NCBI GenBank assembly: GCA_963826115.1 | Contig: CAWGVS010000006.1 | Coordinates: forward strand, 160,001 to 224,000 | Origin: an uncultured Candidatus Rokubacteria bacterium | GTDB taxonomy: Bacteria > Methylomirabilota > Methylomirabilia > Rokubacteriales > DASRDR01 | Reading direction: 5' to 3' | Length of the DNA stretch: 64,000 bases | Shown here: positions 37,665 through 47,386 of the stretch, in pieces | Layout of the letters: each line of letters opens with the position of its first letter | How positions within the stretch are numbered: the stretch's first letter is position 1 | The notes under the pieces: generated by a model | The model's database searches: none | The model's input: only the letters and a program-made list of their open reading frames with translations | Told to the model about the DNA's origin: nothing | Translations under genes and position numbers: made by a program

Positions 37665-38647
37665 TTGCCGGCTCCGAAGAGCCCCGTCGGCCGCAGCAGG
37701 AGGATCAGAACCATGAGCGCCATGTTGACGCCGATGGCCGCCTTGGGGAGGAGGAAGGCGACGTAGTTGTAGGAGAGCCCGACCAGGAGCGCGCCGACGA
37801 GCGAGCCGGTGACGCTTCCGAGCCCGCCGATGATCACGACGATGAAGGCGAAGACGAGTTGCTCGCCACCCATCGCCGGTCGGACCGACTGGCTGAAGAT
37901 CGCCCACATGAGTCCGCCCACGCCCGCCAGGGCCGAGCCGGCGGCGAACACCCCCGTGAAGTAGCGAGACAGATTGTGGCCCATCACCTGGACCATCTCG
38001 CCGTTCTCGACGCCGGCCCGTACGATGAGCCCCACCCGCGTCCGGTTCAGAACCAGGCGCATGCCGGTGTAGACGATGAGACCCAGAGCGATGGCGACGA
38101 CGGGGAACCGAAGGATCACCACATCGGCCACGTCCCACGAGCCCTGAAGCGTGGCGGGCACCGGCATCACCTGGTCGTTCGGGCCCCAGACGATCCGGAT
38201 CAGCTCCTCGAGGACGATGGTCGCGCCCAGCGTGATGAGGATCTGGAACAGGTGCTGGCCGTAGACGGGCCGGACGATCACCCGCTCCAGCAGGAGCCCG
38301 AGGGCGGCCGTCGTCAGGACGGCGGCCAACACCGCGACGAGGAGGACCAGCAGGTTGGCGGCGACTGACCCGCTCGTCGCCCAGTGGAAGTGCCGGTCCA
38401 GCAAGACCGCGATGCTGAAGCCCGCGAAGGCGCCCCAGGAAAACAGCGCGCCATGGGCGAAGTTGAGAACGTCCATCAGGCCGAAGATCAGGGTCAGGCC
38501 CGAGGCGACGAGGAAGATCAGCATGCCCATGGCGAGGCCCGCCACGCTGAGCGTCAGGTAGGTCCGTGGCTCGATGGCGAGGAGCGGTGCCAGGAGGAGC
38601 GCGAGGCCGACCGGGACCAGGAGCCGGGTCTGCGTCACGGTCGACAT
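37661..38647 (-). CDS. ABC permease (LivH-like)
   Basis: SGLTLIFGLMDVLNFAHG, IGGLGS, RPTGLFG. Confidence 0.93.
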   Translation of the reverse strand: MSTVTQTRLLVPVGLALLLAPLLAIEPRTYLTLSVAGLAMGMLIFLVASGLTLIFGLMDVLNFAHGALFSWGAFAGFSIAVLLDRHFHWATSGSVAANLLVLLVAVLAAVLTTAALGLLLERVIVRPVYGQHLFQILITLGATIVLEELIRIVWGPNDQVMPVPATLQGSWDVADVVILRFPVVAIALGLIVYTGMRLVLNRTRVGLIVRAGVENGEMVQVMGHNLSRYFTGVFAAGSALAGVGGLMWAIFSQSVRPAMGGEQLVFAFIVVIIGGLGSVTGSLVGALLVGLSYNYVAFLLPKAAIGVNMALMVLILLLRPTGLFGAGK

Positions 38648-38653
38648 GGGGAC

Positions 38654-39358
38654 TCAGACCCCGAGATAGCGCTGCTTGAGCGCCGGGTCGCCGACGAGCG
38701 CGGCCATGGACCCGGCCTCGACGGTTCGACCGTCGTCGAGGAGGACGAAGTCGTCGCCGATCGCCTCGGCGAGCGCGAGGTTCTGCTCGACCAGGAGGAT
38801 CGTCACCTCCCGCTTCATCGTCCGCAGGGCGTCCGTCAGGTGCTCGACGATGATGGGCGCGAGGCCCTTCGACGGCTCGTCGATCAGGAGAAGGCGATTC
38901 GGGTTCACCAGGGCCCGCGCGATGGACAGCATCTGCTTCTGCCCGCCGGAGAGCGTCCCCGCCCGGGCGTGGCGGAAGCGCTCGAGGTCCGGAAACAGCG
39001 CGAGGACTCGGCGGAGACGGTCGTCCGAGCTGGCGTCGTCCACGATCCGGGCGACGCGGAGGTTCTCGTCCACCGTGAGGGTCTGGAAGATCCCCTGACC
39101 CTCGGGGACGTAGCCGATCCCGAGCCGGGCGACCGCGTACGGAGGCAGGTCGTGGGTCGGCCGCCCGTCGAAGCGGACGGCGCCACGGCGAGGGTGAAGC
39201 AGGCTCATCGCCGTGCGGAGGGTCGTGGTCTTGCCCGCGCCGTTCCGGCCGAGAAGCACGGTCACGGCGTCCGGCCGGACGCGGAGGGAGACGCCCTGGA
39301 GAATGTGATGCTGGCCGATGTAGGCGTGCACGTCCTCGAGCTCGAGGAGCGGCGTCAC
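38654..39358 (-). CDS. ABC ATP-binding protein (LivF-like)
   Basis: GRNGAGKTT, LSGGQKQM, IDEPSKGLAP, VEQN. Confidence 0.93.
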   Translation of the reverse strand: MTPLLELEDVHAYIGQHHILQGVSLRVRPDAVTVLLGRNGAGKTTTLRTAMSLLHPRRGAVRFDGRPTHDLPPYAVARLGIGYVPEGQGIFQTLTVDENLRVARIVDDASSDDRLRRVLALFPDLERFRHARAGTLSGGQKQMLSIARALVNPNRLLLIDEPSKGLAPIIVEHLTDALRTMKREVTILLVEQNLALAEAIGDDFVLLDDGRTVEAGSMAALVGDPALKQRYLGV

Positions 39359-40125
39359 GTGCGAGCTCCGCCCCCGAAATAGGCGGCCTGGACCTCGGGG
39401 TTGCGGGCGATCGCCGAGGGGGTGTCGTCGGCAATGAGCCGGCCGTCTTTCAGCACGGCGATCGTATCGGAGAGCGTCATCACCATGTCGATCTTGTGCT
39501 CGACGAGAAGAATGGTCTCGGTGCGACGCGCGCGGATCCGGTCGATCAGGGCCACGATCGTCGGGACTTCCTCGAGCGACATGCCGGCGGTGGGCTCGTC
39601 CAGGAGGAGGAGTGAGGGCGCGAGGGCCAGCAGAATGCCCAGCTCGAGCTTGCGCTTCTCGCCGTGGGCGAGGGTTCCGGCGAGGGCGGCCCACTTGCTC
39701 TCCAGCAGGACCTCGGCCAGTAGCGCGTAGGCCTGGTCCTCGAGGTCGGGGAAGCTGCGGTAATCCCGCCAGGCGACGAGACCCAGCCCCCGGCGGGCCT
39801 GGACGGCGAGCCGGACGTTCTCGAGGACGGAAAGAGTGGGGAAGACGTTCGTCAGCTGGAAGGAGCGGCCGATCCCGAGACGAGTCCGCGCGGCGGCGCT
39901 CCACGCCGTGATGTCGCGGCCCGCGAACGCGATCCGACCCTCGCTCGGCCGGTACTGGCCGCTCAAGAGATTGAAGAACGTCGTCTTCCCGGCGCCATTC
40001 GGGCCGATGATCGACTTGAGGGTGCCGCGCGCCACCTCGAGGGATACGTGGTCGACGGCCACGTGTCCGCCGAAGCGGATGGTGAGGTCCTCGGTCCGAA
40101 GGAGCGGGAGCTCGACCGTCGCGAT
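39355..40125 (-). CDS. ABC ATP-binding protein (LivG-like); start uncertain
   Basis: GPNGAGKTT, GRSFQ, LLDEPTAG, VEH; the conserved LLRTEDLTIRFGG lies upstream of the first GTG at 40062. Confidence 0.9.
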   Translation of the reverse strand: MATVELPLLRTEDLTIRFGGHVAVDHVSLEVARGTLKSIIGPNGAGKTTFFNLLSGQYRPSEGRIAFAGRDITAWSAAARTRLGIGRSFQLTNVFPTLSVLENVRLAVQARRGLGLVAWRDYRSFPDLEDQAYALLAEVLLESKWAALAGTLAHGEKRKLELGILLALAPSLLLLDEPTAGMSLEEVPTIVALIDRIRARRTETILLVEHKIDMVMTLSDTIAVLKDGRLIADDTPSAIARNPEVQAAYFGGGART

Positions 40126-40143
40126 CGTCTCGGCGGCGCGGCG

Positions 40144-40989
40144 TTACCGTCCGCGAAGGAAGGCGCGCACCGCCGTCCGCACCCGGGGATGCCGGCCCAT
40201 GAGCACCGTGTAGTGGTTGGTCCCCCGGACCTCCACGAGCTTGGCCTTTGGGATCGCCGCGGCCATCGCCTGCGCCTCCTCGCGGGTCATAAGACAGTCG
40301 GTCGCGGTCAGCAGCCCGTCGGGGGCGCGAAGGACGAGGGTTGGGCAGCGAACGCGGTGGTGGAGGGTCCAGAGCCGCTCCCGCTGGAGGCTCGCCAGCT
40401 CCTCCGCGATGGCCGGGGGGGACGCCTTCGGGCGCACGGCGCCGGACGGCAGCGTCTCGACGTCGTACCGGAAATACCCCTCCAGGTGGTCGTTCCAGCG
40501 TCCCGCGAACATCGGGAGCCCCCGCATCCGTCCGAGGAAGGCCTCGAGCGAGGGGAACTCCATCCCGAGACGCGCGATGGCCGGCCCCAAGGAGTCGAGC
40601 ACCTCCGCCCGGACGTCGAGGCCTCCGTCGATCAGGACGAGCCGGCGGACCCGAGCCGGATGGTCGACCGCGAAGCGGAGCGCGATCGCGGCGCCGAGGG
40701 AGTGGCCCATCAGGACGGCGCGCCGGAGCCCCAGACGGTCGAGCAGCGCCCCGAGGTCCTGGCCGTGGGCGGCGAGACTGTATCCCGTCCCGGGTTTGTC
40801 GCTGTCCCCGCGACCCCGGAGGTCGTAGGCGACCAGGCGGAAGTCCGGGGCGAGGACCTCGGCCATCGCGGCCCAGCAGCGGTGGTTGGCCGTCAACCCG
40901 TGAATGCCGACGACCGTCGTCGGCGACCGGCCCTCTCCGGGCCACTCGTGGACGGCGAGGGCGACGCCGTCCGCCGCGACGCGGGCCAC
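40144..40989 (-). CDS. Alpha/beta hydrolase
   Basis: IHGLT, YDLRGRGDS, GHSLG nucleophile elbow, TNHY. Confidence 0.9.
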   Translation of the reverse strand: MARVAADGVALAVHEWPGEGRSPTTVVGIHGLTANHRCWAAMAEVLAPDFRLVAYDLRGRGDSDKPGTGYSLAAHGQDLGALLDRLGLRRAVLMGHSLGAAIALRFAVDHPARVRRLVLIDGGLDVRAEVLDSLGPAIARLGMEFPSLEAFLGRMRGLPMFAGRWNDHLEGYFRYDVETLPSGAVRPKASPPAIAEELASLQRERLWTLHHRVRCPTLVLRAPDGLLTATDCLMTREEAQAMAAAIPKAKLVEVRGTNHYTVLMGRHPRVRTAVRAFLRGR

Positions 40990-40997
40990 TCCGCCCC

Positions 40998-42206
40998 CTA
41001 CCGCTTGTTCTGGATCGGGGGGGCCGTCTCCTGGGGCGAGAGCTCGCGAGTGAGCACGGGTACGAGCCAGGCCACGTCAGGCTTGGCCACGAGCTTGAAC
41101 GCGTACATGGGCTGGAGCGCCTGATGATCCTCCTTGCGGAAGGTCATCTTGCCCTTGGGGGTGTCGAAGTCCATGCCCTCCATCGCCTGGATCAGCTTCT
41201 CCGTATCCGTGCCGCCCGCCTTCTGGATCGCGGTGACTGTCGCCATCGCCGCCGCGAACCCGCCCGCGGTGAAGAAGTCCGGGGGCTCGTTGAAGCGCTT
41301 CTGGTGCTCGCGAGCCAGCCAGTCGTTCACCGGGTTCTTCGGGATCTCGTAGTAGTAGTACGCGCCGCCGACCAGGCCCTCGAGGTTCTGGGCCTTCATG
41401 GCCTTCAGCACGTCGAGGACGTTGCCGCCGGTCGTGAGCGTGATCCCGAACTTGTCGAGGCGGTTGGCCACCAGCTGCGCGAACGGCCCGCCCTTCCCGG
41501 CCCAGATCACGAAGACGTACTTGGGCCCCGGCTTGTCCTTGAGCGCCCCGATGATCTTCTGGATCGGCGCGGTGAAGTCGGTCGCGTCCCGGGGCGTGTA
41601 TTCCTCGTGGACCACCTGGGCCCCGAGCTTCTCGACGGCGGCCTTGTAGGCGGCGACGCCGTCGCGTCCGAAGGCGTAGTCCTGGGCGATCGTGGCGATC
41701 AGGACCCCGGGCTTGGCCACCGCCAGGGCGTTCGAGATCGCGTCCTGCCCGGAGTTCCGGCCGGTCCGGAAGATGTAGCGGTTCCAGTGCTCCCCGGTGA
41801 TGCTGTCGGCCACTGCGGGCTCGACGATCAGGACCTTTTTGAACTCCTCGGCTACGGGCAGGATCGCGAGAGCTGCCGCGCTCGACGTCGTCCCCACGAC
41901 GAGGTCGACCTTGTCGTCCCCGTAGAGCTTGGTCACCTTCTGCTTCGAGACGTCGGGCTTGAGCTGGTCGTCCTCGATCAGGACTTCGATCTTCCGGCCG
42001 AGCACGGCGTTGGTGCCGCCCGTCGCGTACTCGAGCCCGAGCTTGAAGCCGTTGACCGCCTGCTTCGCGTAGACCTCGAACGGGCCGGTCAGGCCCTGGA
42101 CCAGCCCGATCTTGATCGGCGTCTGGGCCGCGCCCGGATTCGGGACGAGCACGATCGCCACGAGGGCGAGAGCGAAGCGGAGGGCGAGGAACCCGTGTCT
42201 CTGCAT
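40998..42206 (-). CDS. Liv-type ABC substrate-binding protein (aromatic/organic acid-binding group)
   Basis: Signal peptide, IKIGLVQGLTGP, EPAVADSITG, QDYAFGRDG, TPKGKMTFR.EDHQA. Confidence 0.93.
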   Translation of the reverse strand: MQRHGFLALRFALALVAIVLVPNPGAAQTPIKIGLVQGLTGPFEVYAKQAVNGFKLGLEYATGGTNAVLGRKIEVLIEDDQLKPDVSKQKVTKLYGDDKVDLVVGTTSSAAALAILPVAEEFKKVLIVEPAVADSITGEHWNRYIFRTGRNSGQDAISNALAVAKPGVLIATIAQDYAFGRDGVAAYKAAVEKLGAQVVHEEYTPRDATDFTAPIQKIIGALKDKPGPKYVFVIWAGKGGPFAQLVANRLDKFGITLTTGGNVLDVLKAMKAQNLEGLVGGAYYYYEIPKNPVNDWLAREHQKRFNEPPDFFTAGGFAAAMATVTAIQKAGGTDTEKLIQAMEGMDFDTPKGKMTFRKEDHQALQPMYAFKLVAKPDVAWLVPVLTRELSPQETAPPIQNKR

Positions 42207-42271
42207 GATGATCTCCTGCTGGAAGTGCTCGGACTTTCCCGGGGCATCGCGATTCTGTCCGGGTCGGCGCC

Positions 42272-42300
42272 ACCGTATCGTGGATGCCGCGCCGCGTCAA
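42272..42300 (-). promoter_or_regulatory. Putative sigma70 promoter of the minus-strand ABC operon
   Basis: TTGACG-N17-TACGGT on the minus strand. Confidence 0.5.
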
Positions 42301-42412
42301 GCGATGCCGGCCCCGGGACATCAGGTCACCGACACCACGCCCGCCGCCGGCGCGCTCCCGGTCGGCGCGCACCCCGTTGACATGCGCGGGCGACTTTGCT
42401 TTCTGGACTGTC

Positions 42413-42877
42413 GTGAGATGTGTGCTCGTCCGCCACGGAACCGCCGCGCCGGGCCCGGACGATCGGGCGCGACCCCTCACGCCGGCGGGGCGGGCGGAGG
42501 TCGAGGGAACGGCGCGCGCGCTCCAGGCTCACGGGGTTCGCGTGGCCGAGATCCGCCACTCCGATCTCCTCCGTGCCCGCGAGACGGCGGAGATCCTGGG
42601 CGCGCGCTTCGCGCCGCCGCGGGGCGTCCACGCGACGACGGGGCTCCTGCCCGAGGACGACCCGGACGTGGCGGCGGCCGAGCTCGCGCTGGCGACGGCG
42701 CCTCTCATACTGGTCGGCCACCTGCCGCATCTCGCGCGGCTGACCGCGGTCCTCGCGGGCGACGCCGTGCTCGAGGGGATCCCGTTCAACCCCGCGACCG
42801 CGGTGGGCCTCCGGCGCGAGCCCGATGGGTGGACGCTCGAACTGGTGGTACCGGCGCACCCGGACGGCGTCCGATGA
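42413..42877 (+). CDS. sixA: Phosphohistidine phosphatase SixA
   Basis: LVRHG, D..RPLTPAG, HS..LRARETA, LVGHLP. Confidence 0.85.
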   Translation: MRCVLVRHGTAAPGPDDRARPLTPAGRAEVEGTARALQAHGVRVAEIRHSDLLRARETAEILGARFAPPRGVHATTGLLPEDDPDVAAAELALATAPLILVGHLPHLARLTAVLAGDAVLEGIPFNPATAVGLRREPDGWTLELVVPAHPDGVR

Positions 42878-44121
42878 CCGCGCACCTCGCCTGCGTTCGC
42901 TGCGGAGCGACGGCGCCGCTCGGCCCCGCGTTCGAGGGCTGCCCGGTGTGTCCCGGTGCGCCGCGCCCGGCCCTCGAGGTCGTCTACGACTACGCGACGC
43001 TCGCGGCCGCGGGGACTCTGAAAGCGTGGACGTCGCGCGCAGGCGGGCTCTGGCGCTTCCGCGAGCTCCTGCCGCTCCCGCCGGACGCAACGGTCGTGAC
43101 CTTGGCGGAGGGCGCGACGCCGCTCGTCCGCCTCCAGGACGGCGGTCCTCACCGCATCTGGGTGAAGGACGAGACGCGCAATCCCACCGGGTCCTTCAAG
43201 GACCGGCTCCACGCCGTGTCCCTGTCGATGGCCCGCGTCCTGGGTTTCCGAAAGGCCGTTGCCTCGACCACCGGGAACCACGGCACGGCGCTGGCCGCCT
43301 ACGCGGCGCGCGCGGGGCTGGCGGCGCTGGTGTTCTGCGACCCGAGGGCGCCGGTGGTCCAGCGGCGGCTGATGCAGCTCTACGGCGCCCGCGTCGTCGT
43401 GCTGGCCGACCGGGGTGGCCACCTCGCGTGGCTGGTCCGCGAGCGCGGCTGGTACCCGTCGCTCGGGATGACGCCCGAGCCGGTGGCGACGCCGTACGGA
43501 GTCGAGGGGTACAAGACCATCGGCTACGAGGTGTACTTCCAGCTCGGCGCGCGCTTCCCGGGCCGGATGCTGGTGCCGACGTCGGGCGGCGACGCGGTGT
43601 ACGGACCGTGGAAGGGTTTCCGGGAGCTTCGCGCGCTCGGCGCCCCGGGCGAGCTGCCGCGGATGGTGGCGGTGCAGGCGGCGGGCTGCGACCCGATCGT
43701 CCAGGGCTGGCGCGCCGGGGCCACGACGGTGCCCGTGCACCCGGACCCGCAGACGATCGCCGTGTCGATCGCGGACGAGACCGGCGGACCCGCCTCGCTC
43801 CGCGCGGTTGCCGAGTCCGGCGGCACGGCGGAGGCGGTCTCGGACGCCGCGATCCTCGACGCCATGCGGCGCCTGGCGCGGCAGGGGATCGCGGTCGAGC
43901 CCTCCTCGGCCGCCTCGGTCGCGGCCGCGCTGGCGCTCGCGGCCCGGGACGAGCTCGACCCCGACGAGGACGTCGTGTGCGTGCTGACCGGCGCGGGCGT
44001 GAAGTGGCCGGACGCGCTCGTCGACGCGCTCACGCCGCAGGAGCTCTCGGACGCGCGCCCGGCGGCCGTCCGCGCGTGGATCGACGCGTTCGACGCGGCC
44101 GCGCCGTCCGCGCGCGCTTGA
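42874..44121 (+). CDS. Threonine synthase-like PLP-dependent enzyme
   Basis: N-terminal CxxC...CxxC, LAEGATP, NPTGSFKDR, STTGNHG, EGYKT, EPSSA, LTGAG.K. Confidence 0.88.
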   Translation: MTAHLACVRCGATAPLGPAFEGCPVCPGAPRPALEVVYDYATLAAAGTLKAWTSRAGGLWRFRELLPLPPDATVVTLAEGATPLVRLQDGGPHRIWVKDETRNPTGSFKDRLHAVSLSMARVLGFRKAVASTTGNHGTALAAYAARAGLAALVFCDPRAPVVQRRLMQLYGARVVVLADRGGHLAWLVRERGWYPSLGMTPEPVATPYGVEGYKTIGYEVYFQLGARFPGRMLVPTSGGDAVYGPWKGFRELRALGAPGELPRMVAVQAAGCDPIVQGWRAGATTVPVHPDPQTIAVSIADETGGPASLRAVAESGGTAEAVSDAAILDAMRRLARQGIAVEPSSAASVAAALALAARDELDPDEDVVCVLTGAGVKWPDALVDALTPQELSDARPAAVRAWIDAFDAAAPSARA

Positions 44122-44233
44122 CACCCGGGGGGCGGCTCCGTCAGAGTCCTTTGCACGGCCCTCAGCAGTCGCGTGGGCCGAACGACCCGAGCGGTCCGCG
44201 GATCCCCGGACGCGCGCCAACGAGGGAGACACC

Positions 44234-45577
44234 ATGAGCGAGACCCCCGCAGCTCCGATCTCACGCCGTCACTTCCTGGCCACGACCGCTGCGCTCGGGG
44301 GCGGCAGCCTTCTCGCGGCCGGCGGCGCGCGGCCGCGCCCGGCCCGCGCCCAGGGCTCGCTGAAGGGGACCAAGCTGACGATCATCGCCGGCGACTGGTA
44401 CGTCCCCGAGACCAACAAGATGCTCGACGACCTCGTCGCGTCCCTGTCGAAGGACACCGGGATGGACGTGAAGGTCGAGCGCTTCGCCGGCGAGCAGCAG
44501 GTGGCGAAGGTCGCGGCCATCGTGGGCAGCGGCCAGGGCGGCGACATCGCGGTGGTCCGCGACTTCGACGCCTATCTCTACGCCGACAAGCTGATCGACG
44601 TGACGGACCTGGCGAACGACGTCGGCAAGACCTACGGCGGCTGGTTCGACGTCGCGCAGCAGGCGTGCGTGGTCAAGGGCCGGTGGAAGGCGGTCATGAT
44701 CGGCCAGGCGCCGGCCGCCTGGAACTACCGCACGGACATGTTCCGCGCCGCGGGCGTCGAGAAGTTCCCGGACACGTTCGACGAGCTCCTGGTCGCAGCC
44801 CGGAAGCTCCACGCCAAGGGCACGCCGATCGGCATGACGCTCGGGCACGCCTCGGGCGACGGGCGCTCCACCAACTACCCCGTGCTGTGGGCGTTCGGCG
44901 GCAAGGAGTTCGAGGCCGACGGCAGGACCGTCGCGCTGAACTCGCCCCAGACGCTCAAGGCGGTCGAGTGGTACACCGAGATCTACAAGGTCATGGATTC
45001 CGGCGTCACCGCCTGGCTCGACCCCGACAACAACCAGGCGTTCCTCGCGGGGAAGGTGTCGGCCACCGTCAACGTCAACACGATCTACCTGGCCGCGCGG
45101 ACCGCGGCGCCGACCGATCCCGCGAAGAAGATGCTGATCGACAACATGGACCACGCCAACTGGCCCGCCGGGCCCGCCGGGCGGTTCGGGCACTACAACA
45201 TCAACCTGTGGGCCGGTTTCGCGTCCAGCAAGAACCGCGAGGGGCAGCTCGCCTTCCTGCGCGCGTGGCACGACCGGAGCTTCCTGCCGAAGTGGACGAA
45301 GGCGGGGCAGTCCTACTTCATCCCACCGTTCGTCGGGTTCGACAAGGAAGACGTCTGGCCGGACGACCCGAAGCTCAAGATCTTCCGCGAGCTGAACAAG
45401 GTGAATCGTCTCGCCGGTTACGCTGGCCCGCCCACGCCGGCCGCGGCCGAGGCCGTCAACAAGTTCGTCCTGGTGGACATGTTCGCCAAGGCCGCGACCG
45501 GTCAGCTCAAGCCGGCCGACGCGGTGAAGTGGGCCGAGAAGGAGTACCAGCAGATCGCCCAGAAGCGCCTCGGGTAG
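44234..45577 (+). CDS. Carbohydrate-type ABC substrate-binding protein with Tat signal
   Basis: SRRHFL, NYRTDMF, PDTFDEL, W.DPDNNQAFLAG. Confidence 0.92.
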   Translation: MSETPAAPISRRHFLATTAALGGGSLLAAGGARPRPARAQGSLKGTKLTIIAGDWYVPETNKMLDDLVASLSKDTGMDVKVERFAGEQQVAKVAAIVGSGQGGDIAVVRDFDAYLYADKLIDVTDLANDVGKTYGGWFDVAQQACVVKGRWKAVMIGQAPAAWNYRTDMFRAAGVEKFPDTFDELLVAARKLHAKGTPIGMTLGHASGDGRSTNYPVLWAFGGKEFEADGRTVALNSPQTLKAVEWYTEIYKVMDSGVTAWLDPDNNQAFLAGKVSATVNVNTIYLAARTAAPTDPAKKMLIDNMDHANWPAGPAGRFGHYNINLWAGFASSKNREGQLAFLRAWHDRSFLPKWTKAGQSYFIPPFVGFDKEDVWPDDPKLKIFRELNKVNRLAGYAGPPTPAAAEAVNKFVLVDMFAKAATGQLKPADAVKWAEKEYQQIAQKRLG

Positions 45578-45635
45578 GCGGAGCACGGCCGGCGCCGGCG
45601 GCGATTCGACGGCCCGCCGGCGCCCGTCTCGAGAG

Positions 45636-46532
45636 ATGGCGCGGCTCTCGATCCGACGCTGGCTCGACCAGGAGCAGACGCTCGCGTGGCTCCTGGTCGG
45701 GCCGCTCGTGCTCCTCCTCCTCGGCCTCGTGGCCTACCCGTTCGGCGTCGCCGTCATGTATGCCCTCTCCGACCGGACGCTCGCCGAGCCGGGGCGCTTC
45801 GTCGGGCTCGCCAACGTCTGGAACCTCTGGGACAACCAGATCTACCGGCAGACCCTGTGGAACACGATCGTCTACACGATCGGCGCCACCATCCTGAAGC
45901 TCGGCGCGGGCCTCGGTCTCGCGCTGATCCTCAACGAGCAGCTCCCGATGAAGCGCCTCATCCGCTCCGCCGTCCTCCTGCCGTGGATCGTGCCCACGGT
46001 CCTGAGCGCGATGGCCTGGCTCTGGCTCCTGACGCCGAACTTCAGCGTCCTGAACTGGATCCTGATCCACCTGGGGCTGAGCCAGCGCGGACTGCCCTGG
46101 CTCACGAGCCCCGCCCTGGCCATGTTCTCCGTGATCCTGGTCAACACCTGGCGCGGGATCCCGTTCTTCGCGATCACGCTCCTGGCGGGTCTCCAGACCA
46201 TCCCCGGCGAGCTCTACGAGGCGTCCGCCATCGACGGAGCGGGGCCGTGGCACCGGTTCCGCTACGTGACGCTCCCGCTCCTCCAGCCGGTCCTCGTGAT
46301 CACGCTGATCCTGTCGGTGATCTGGACCTTCTCGGACTTCCAGGTGGTGTACGGCCTGACCCAGGGCGGCCCGATGAACTCGACGCACGTCCTGGCGACC
46401 CTCAGCTACCAGGTCGGGCTGGCCTCCGGCAACATCGGCGAGGGCGCGGCGATCTCGCTCACGATGCTGCCGCTCCTCCTGATCCTGATCGTGTGGCAGA
46501 TCCGGCACCTCCGCCGGGGGGCCGTGGCGTGA
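45636..46532 (+). CDS. Carbohydrate ABC permease
   Basis: FVGLAN, LLPWIVP, LYEASAIDGA, TQGGP. Confidence 0.93.
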   Translation: MARLSIRRWLDQEQTLAWLLVGPLVLLLLGLVAYPFGVAVMYALSDRTLAEPGRFVGLANVWNLWDNQIYRQTLWNTIVYTIGATILKLGAGLGLALILNEQLPMKRLIRSAVLLPWIVPTVLSAMAWLWLLTPNFSVLNWILIHLGLSQRGLPWLTSPALAMFSVILVNTWRGIPFFAITLLAGLQTIPGELYEASAIDGAGPWHRFRYVTLPLLQPVLVITLILSVIWTFSDFQVVYGLTQGGPMNSTHVLATLSYQVGLASGNIGEGAAISLTMLPLLLILIVWQIRHLRRGAVA

Positions 46533-47371
46533 CGCGGCGGCCGGGCGTCGAGCGCTGGCTGTTCGTCTACGCGCCGCTCGGCTTCGCGCTCGTGTTCCTG
46601 CTCGGCCCCTTCTACTGGATGGTCATCACGGCGCTCAAGCCCAACTCCGAGCTCTACAACGCCGACCGGAGCCCGCTCTACGTCGCCACCCCGACCCTCG
46701 AGCACTTCGTGTACCTGTTCACGAAGACGGCGTTCGTCGAGTGGACCAAGAACACCATGATCGTGGCGACCGGCTCGACGGCGCTGGCCCTCCTCCTCGG
46801 GGTGCCGGCCGGCTACGCGCTGGCCCGCTTCCGCTTCCGGGGCGCCGGCCTGGTGGGGACGGGGGTCATCGTGACGTATCTCGTGCCGACGAGCCTCCTG
46901 TTCATTCCGATGGTCCAGGTGATGAGCACCATCGGCCTGGTGGACAGCTACTGGGCGCTGGTAGTCGTGTACCCGACCTTCCTCGCGCCCTTCGTCACGT
47001 GGCTGATGGCGGGCTACTTCCGGACCATCCCCGGCGAACTGGAGGAGTGCGCGCGCATCGACGGGGCGAGCCGCCTGGGCGCCCTGTGGCGGATCGCGAT
47101 CCCGCTGGCCCGGCCGGGGATCGTGTCGGCGGGCATCTTCGCCTTCACGCTCTCGTGGAACGAGTTCATCTACGCGCTCACCCTGGTGACGGCCTCGAGC
47201 GAGCGCACCATTCCGGTGGGCGTGCTGGTCCAGCTCACGCGGGCCGACTTCTACTTCTGGGGGCCGCTCATGGCGGGCGCTCTGGCCGGCTCGATTCCCG
47301 TCGCGCTGATCTACTCGTTCTTCGTGGATCAGTACGCGGCCGGCCTCACCGCCGGCGCGGTCAAGGGCTGA
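46529..47371 (+). CDS. Carbohydrate ABC permease
   Basis: IPGELEECARIDGAS, SWNEF, GLTAGAVKG. Confidence 0.93.
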   Translation: MTRRPGVERWLFVYAPLGFALVFLLGPFYWMVITALKPNSELYNADRSPLYVATPTLEHFVYLFTKTAFVEWTKNTMIVATGSTALALLLGVPAGYALARFRFRGAGLVGTGVIVTYLVPTSLLFIPMVQVMSTIGLVDSYWALVVVYPTFLAPFVTWLMAGYFRTIPGELEECARIDGASRLGALWRIAIPLARPGIVSAGIFAFTLSWNEFIYALTLVTASSERTIPVGVLVQLTRADFYFWGPLMAGALAGSIPVALIYSFFVDQYAAGLTAGAVKG

Positions 47372-47386
47372 CCGGGCCGCTCGCCG

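Noticed and set aside
36573-40945. 953-aa and 763-aa ORFs as fusion proteins
   Set aside because: Their N-terminal parts are alternative-frame read-throughs of neighbouring liv and hydrolase genes; the real starts are GTG 37664 and GTG 39358
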